This document shows positions 58,969 through 64,000 of a stretch of 64,000 nt of DNA, piece by piece. The stretch comes from Cercozoa sp. M6MM (Eukaryota; Protista; Endomyxa: Ascetosporea). The DNA is taken from NCBI GenBank assembly GCA_040357565.1, contig JBDODJ010000008.1. The stretch is one strand, 5' to 3'. The notes under the pieces are model-generated. The model ran no database searches. It was not told the origin of the DNA and worked only from the letters and a program-made list of their open reading frames with translations. The translations under genes and the position numbers were made by a program. How positions within the stretch are numbered: position 1 is the stretch's first letter; every line of letters begins with the position of its first letter.

Positions 58969-61900
58969 ATGGTGTCCCCTTTTGTGCATGAGTCGAGGAC
59001 CGATCGCGATGATCGCGCTGTTGTTTTATCGTGAAATGTGTGGTTTGCGGGAACAGGACGCGACGTCGACACCGATAAAATCGGGCATGCTCGGCGTGCG
59101 TTTCGAGAGGTAAGTTTTCCCTTTCTTATATGTTGATATGCACGTATGTGGATATTCTGCTTTCGTCTTTGTGCAGCGAGCACCGTCCGAACAGAAAAGA
59201 GAAGTGGAAACGACGCTACGTTGAGCTGCGTAGCAATGGAAGGTGACTTTTCTCAAAGGTTGATATCGTAGTCGAAATAGACGGTGTGTGTTTGCAGTCT
59301 GCAATACTTTCGAGTGCCAAAGTTTCTGCATTCACTGCTGCACGTGCGCAAGAGCAAGGAGGAGGTATCCGGACTTTCTTTTAAAACTGGATCTGGGCCT
59401 TGACTGTACCTGTCGGCTCGGATGTTTTTGTGTGGCTATGGGCTCAGTTACTGGGCGCGACGTTTCTGTCGGACGCCGTTGTGTTCGGCGAACAGGCGCC
59501 GCCGATCTCACGCAAGAACAAATCCTTCGCGTAGCGTTCTTGCCCCCCTCCCCCTACCTCTTTACCCTCTCACTCCTCCCAACAGATCGAGGAAGGAGAA
59601 GAAAGTAGTGAGTGAGTTGCGCTACCCGTTCACCGTCATGGTTGGTACAACAATCGCATTCTGCTCTCCCTTTACACCCCCCCCCCCCCGTAGGCACGGA
59701 CGGTCTGGTGCGTCTCTCTGCATGCAGTGCCTCTGATCGCAAGGTATTGTGTCGCTACTACAGGTGTACCTGGTGTGTCAAAACAAGTGTGTTTGTGTAG
59801 GAGTGGGTGGCGGCACTTAAGGCCATCATCGAGCGCTATCGGCAGCAGCAGGAGACTCCCAAGACACCGCGCAAACAAAAGTCCACCGACGACGAGAGGT
59901 TTGTTTCACCCCCTCCTTACCCCCCCCCCCCTACTTGCCTTGCCCCTTGTCCCTACTTGCCCCTGCACGTAGACCAACCTGGGAGATTCCGTTCGAGAAA
60001 CTAACCTTCCTGAACAAGGTACCTACCTTACCCTGCATTAGGCTATTTACCCCTCTCCCTCCGACAGATCGGTGAAGGCGTGTTCGGCGAGGTGTATCAC
60101 GCTGAGTTATGGGGCACCTCAGTCGCAGTCAAGATGCTCAAAGGCAGCAAGGTGTTACCTTTCTACCCCTACCCTTACCCTTACCCTTACCCTTACCCCC
60201 TTGACCTCACCACGTAGGACTACCTGGACATTGACGCCAAGACACTGCAAGAGCTGCAGCAGGAGGTACATATCGGTGTTCCCCTTAATAAACGCCTGCA
60301 CCCTTAAGTATTCCAGGCCGCTATTCTGCAAATGTTGCGTCATCCGCATGTCATGCTGTACATGGTATCTGATCTCTTAATATTTGTCCATTTGTACCAG
60401 TCTTTACTTCCTGTACTTAAGGGTGCCTCTTTGGAGCCTCCAAACGTTTGCATGGTCACTGAGTGTACTCTTTGCTCGCTTGCACCTTGGTATATCGCCA
60501 TTCACCCCTTATATCCTCTGTGTTGTGAAGGGTGCGAGCGAGGCAACTTGTTCGACTTGCTGCATCGGTCTTTGACACCGCTGTCGTTCGCGACCATGCT
60601 GCGCATGATGAAGGAGATCGCGCGCGGCATGAACTACTTGCACAGGTGCGTCTCTGACTCTCTTCTCTCCCCGGTCTACTCTTTACCCCCCCCCCTCCCC
60701 AGTCTGCCACGAAAGATCATCCACCGTGATCTCAAGTCGCACAATTTGTTGGTACTTTTTGTCCCCTTAAATAAAAAGGATACTCCCTTAACTAAAACGG
60801 AGTACAGGTGGACGGCAATCTGGTCGTTAAGATCGCCGATTTTGGACTGAGTCACGTGCGTCAACGCGTGCAAACAATGACGCTGCGTCGACTGAGATCC
60901 GACAGTATTGGCTGCTTTAGGGGGCCGGCGGCCCGTCCCCTGTTACCTTTCGTCTTGTACCCCGGTAGAAACGGACTACCTGACGTCGCATAAGGGACAC
61001 TACGGCATCCGCGGCACGCCTGAGGTACAATTGTACCTGTTCCTTGTGTTGTTAAAGGGGTGATTGTTGTTAAAGTGGATGGCACCCGAGATGCTACAAG
61101 ACAAGAAGTACAACCACATGGTCGACGTCTACTCGTACGGCATCGTGCTGACCGAGATTGTCACGGTACCTGTTTCTCTCTCTCTTAACAAACACATAAA
61201 TCAGATTATCCATATGGACGGTACCATATGGACGGTACCAGAAGAGTGTGTACAAATGTGTACGCAGAGACAGCTGCCGTTCCGACATCGGTACAACATC
61301 AAGCGCGTTGTCGACGTGATCCAGGTCGTGCTGGAGAAACGCGAGATGCCTTACATTCCGCCTTGGTACCCTGCTGCCTTGCCACTACCTCATATGCCTG
61401 CCTGCCTTGGACGTGCTTGTTGGATGTATCAACAGGTGTGGCACCAAGATTTCGCACCTCATTCACGCCTGCTTAAATCACGAGCCATCGCAGCGACCCT
61501 CCTTTGCGCAGATCATTCAGGTATAGGGCCGTTTTGCCCCTTTTATACCTGTACCCTATTACCCCCTCCCGCCTGTCTCGTTGGCAGATGCTCGAGGATT
61601 GGTTTGGATTGGCCGAGTCACGTCAACTGTTCGAGACTTACGACTTGCCGCGACTGCACCACATGCTGAATTCGTACCAGGCAGCCTTCGCTCAATAGGG
61701 TGGCTACAAACTTGTCCTGCACTGTAGGGGTCATACTCGCATCCTGCAACTCGCACTGACTGAGCTCGCCGAGATGAATCGAGGCAGTGCGATTGAAACT
61801 TTCTTCATGGTACTGTGACCTGTCTTCCCCAACTTGTCTGGTGCGTAGACTGGTGTGTAAACTCGTCGCATGTGTAGGTCTCGGACAAGTTCGACACGAG

Positions 61901-64000
61901 CACACTGCACACATACTCGTAGTGTTTCTGAACTTCTTTTTTGTGAATTTTTGCACCTGAATGTTCTGCAGCGGAATCGGCTCGCCACGTCGTCGCCGAA
62001 ACAAGCCAGGCCGCTCACATTCCACGGTTCTAATGTTTTAAAAATTCGACTCGCTGCCCCCTTAAATCTTAAATTCTACAGGCCACGACCAACACGACAG
62101 AGTACGCCTACAGCAGCGAGGACAGCGACAGTGTATCCTGCCCTGTGCTGACGGTTTGTGGGAGTGCCTCAACATGTGTATGAAATGTTTGTGCCCTGCA
62201 GGAACTAAGCAGCTGTCTCGAGAGTGACAGCAGCGAGGACGACGATGAAGAGGCGCAGCAGGTGCTTTGAGTGTTTGTGTGACGTGTGTGGAGCATTTTA
62301 CCTTTTGATCTTTAGCGTCGCTGGGCGCTGCAACGCGAACTGGTTGTCTTTGCCCGCGAGATCGCGTCTCTTCTTGTGCACAGGTGTGTCGCTTTTTGGC
62401 TTTTTCGTTTGTTCTGTTAGGGAAACGCTTCTTCTGTTAGGGACGACAAGATCCGCGAATTAGCCGCGCGTGCTTTGGTACCTTCACATGGTTAAAACAC
62501 GTCAAAGCTACCCTGATTTGTGGCATGGCATGATAGGCGAGACTGCTCGAAGTAGCCAAAAAGAGCATGCCGGTACAAATGTGCTCAGTTCTTGTATTCG
62601 CATAGGTGCACTCGATTGTTTAGGACCGGCTGGCGGAGGTCACGGAACTCGTTCGTCACTCTGGCAATGGGTACGATCAGTGTTCTACTTGTGCATTAGT
62701 ATTTAGGTGGCATAAATGCGCAGACGCGGCTGCGGCTTCCTGCTCTCGCTTCTTCGCTCGCGTCGTATGTCCTTGTGTGTGTGTTAAAGGGAAAGAAAGC
62801 TGTTCCAACTGTTTTTGTTTTCTGAACATGACAGGAAGCGATGTGCGAAGCGCTGCCAAGACTGTTTTGGATGAGGTTAGTGTCTTCACTTTCTGTTGCT
62901 TCCTTCCTGCTGACTTTTCCACCGCGCACAGGTGAGTACGCACCTGCCGCAACTGCCTACAAACGAAGAAGGCAAATACGAGTTGCTGCACCTGGTAACC
63001 TGTCTCGTTGTGTATGTTGTTAAACGATTAGATACGTGGGTACGCAGGACCTCGGACTGTCGGCCGATGCGCTCGGAATGACGCAGTTGTCGATGCTGTA
63101 ACTTGCTCCCCTTTTTGCCTTTCCTTTTGGCCTTTCCTTTTTGCCTTTCCTTCCTTACCCCCTTCCCCGTGTGTCAGTGCCAATATGGTGGACACAGAAG
63201 TGCTGCAGCTGGAGCGACGTATGTCAAAGGCTTTGCTGGTGGTCCCTCTTGTACTCCCTTGTTTTACTTCTAGGTATTGCGCGAATGACGGCATCGCTGT
63301 TGCAAAAGAGTAAGACTGGATCTCGTACCTGTAGTGCCCCTGTGCAAACAAGTTTGTTCGTGCAGGGATACTTTCACGGGCCGTGCATGCCTCCACTGCC
63401 AAGTAACCTTGTACTTGGGTTCTGTATCTGGACAAGTTGTTTGTGGATAGGATCCGGCACTCGCTGCATGCGCGCGACAAGGACGAAGTGTAGCCTTCTT
63501 GTTTACAGGCTGTCTCTTGTGAACCCTGATTATCCTGGACCACCCTTGCAGGAGACAGCTCTCGCGGCACCACCGGCGTCGCTCGCTGGGCGGTCGTGCT
63601 CCTCCCAGGTGTGTTCACTCTGGCGTTTCTCCTATCTCTGTTGACTCTTTGATGCATCTGCGCGGCTGACGCAGGTCAGAGGAGAGAACGCATCGCCCGC
63701 AACGTCGCATGCGACGCAATGGTATTGCGGTTCTCGAATCTGCTTGCTCCTGAATATGTCCGTACCTTGCAGTCGGTCGACAAACGATGCCTGCTGCCGT
63801 GTTTGCTGCTGGTACTGGCATCTTTACCCCCCCCCCCCCCGTTACCCTACCTAACCCTCCTGCAGCCATTGAGAAGCACCTGGACGACAGCAGACGCGAA
63901 GTGTTCACACCAGAGCCGAATTATCAGGGCAACTCGCGGCTCTTGCTGCGACAGGCGAGTTCCGACCAGTTGCCAGACCAGATGTAGGATACTTGTCTCG
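58969..64000 (+). CDS. PH-domain + TKL (Raf-like) protein kinase with long C-terminal extension, runs off window
   Basis: PH: [37 protein letters not shown]; kinase: [55 protein letters not shown]. Confidence 0.9.
60172..60195 (+). repeat. (CCCTTA)4 telomere-like tract inside a kinase intron
   Basis: Direct; reverse complement is (TAAGGG)4. Confidence 0.8.

Noticed and set aside
60172-60195. True telomere or chromosome end
   Set aside because: Only four units, inside an intron, and part of the general TTACCC intron motif

Overview
Compact, extremely intron-rich nuclear genome segment of a unicellular eukaryote; the lineage cannot be fixed from sequence alone. It uses the standard genetic code and contains six N-gaps. 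The ORF track is mostly uninformative because genes are cut every ~20-150 nt by short GT-AG introns, mostly ~50-60 nt, so I spliced the genes by hand and all boundaries are manual models. Recognisable genes: UCH-L3-type hydrolase (3' end), UTP11, methylmalonyl-CoA mutase (32 introns), cytochrome-b5-fused desaturase, Rpp21/Snm1-like protein, PEX12, AGC kinase (3' end), PIG-B (3' part), FAD synthetase, phosducin-like TXNDC9, syntaxin-18/Ufe1, a kinesin-4-like motor and a PH-domain TKL kinase. There are also several lineage-specific genes and a degenerate tRNA-Leu-like sequence. The most interesting observations are: (1) an unusual splice code, with 0 of 32 MUT donors matching GTRAG, +4 mostly pyrimidine and +5G largely lost; (2) strictly sense-strand TTACCC/poly-C intron tracts; (3) two candidate secreted effectors, a signal-peptide kinase-like protein with a Gly/Tyr tail and a signal-peptide protein with five phase-1 exon-pair repeats probably linked to an SD tract and a RING finger; (4) a cyclin-box + RRM fusion with EDGEL/EEGEI motifs; (5) a tail-to-tail pair of membrane paralogs ending in PSAP/PPxY motifs.
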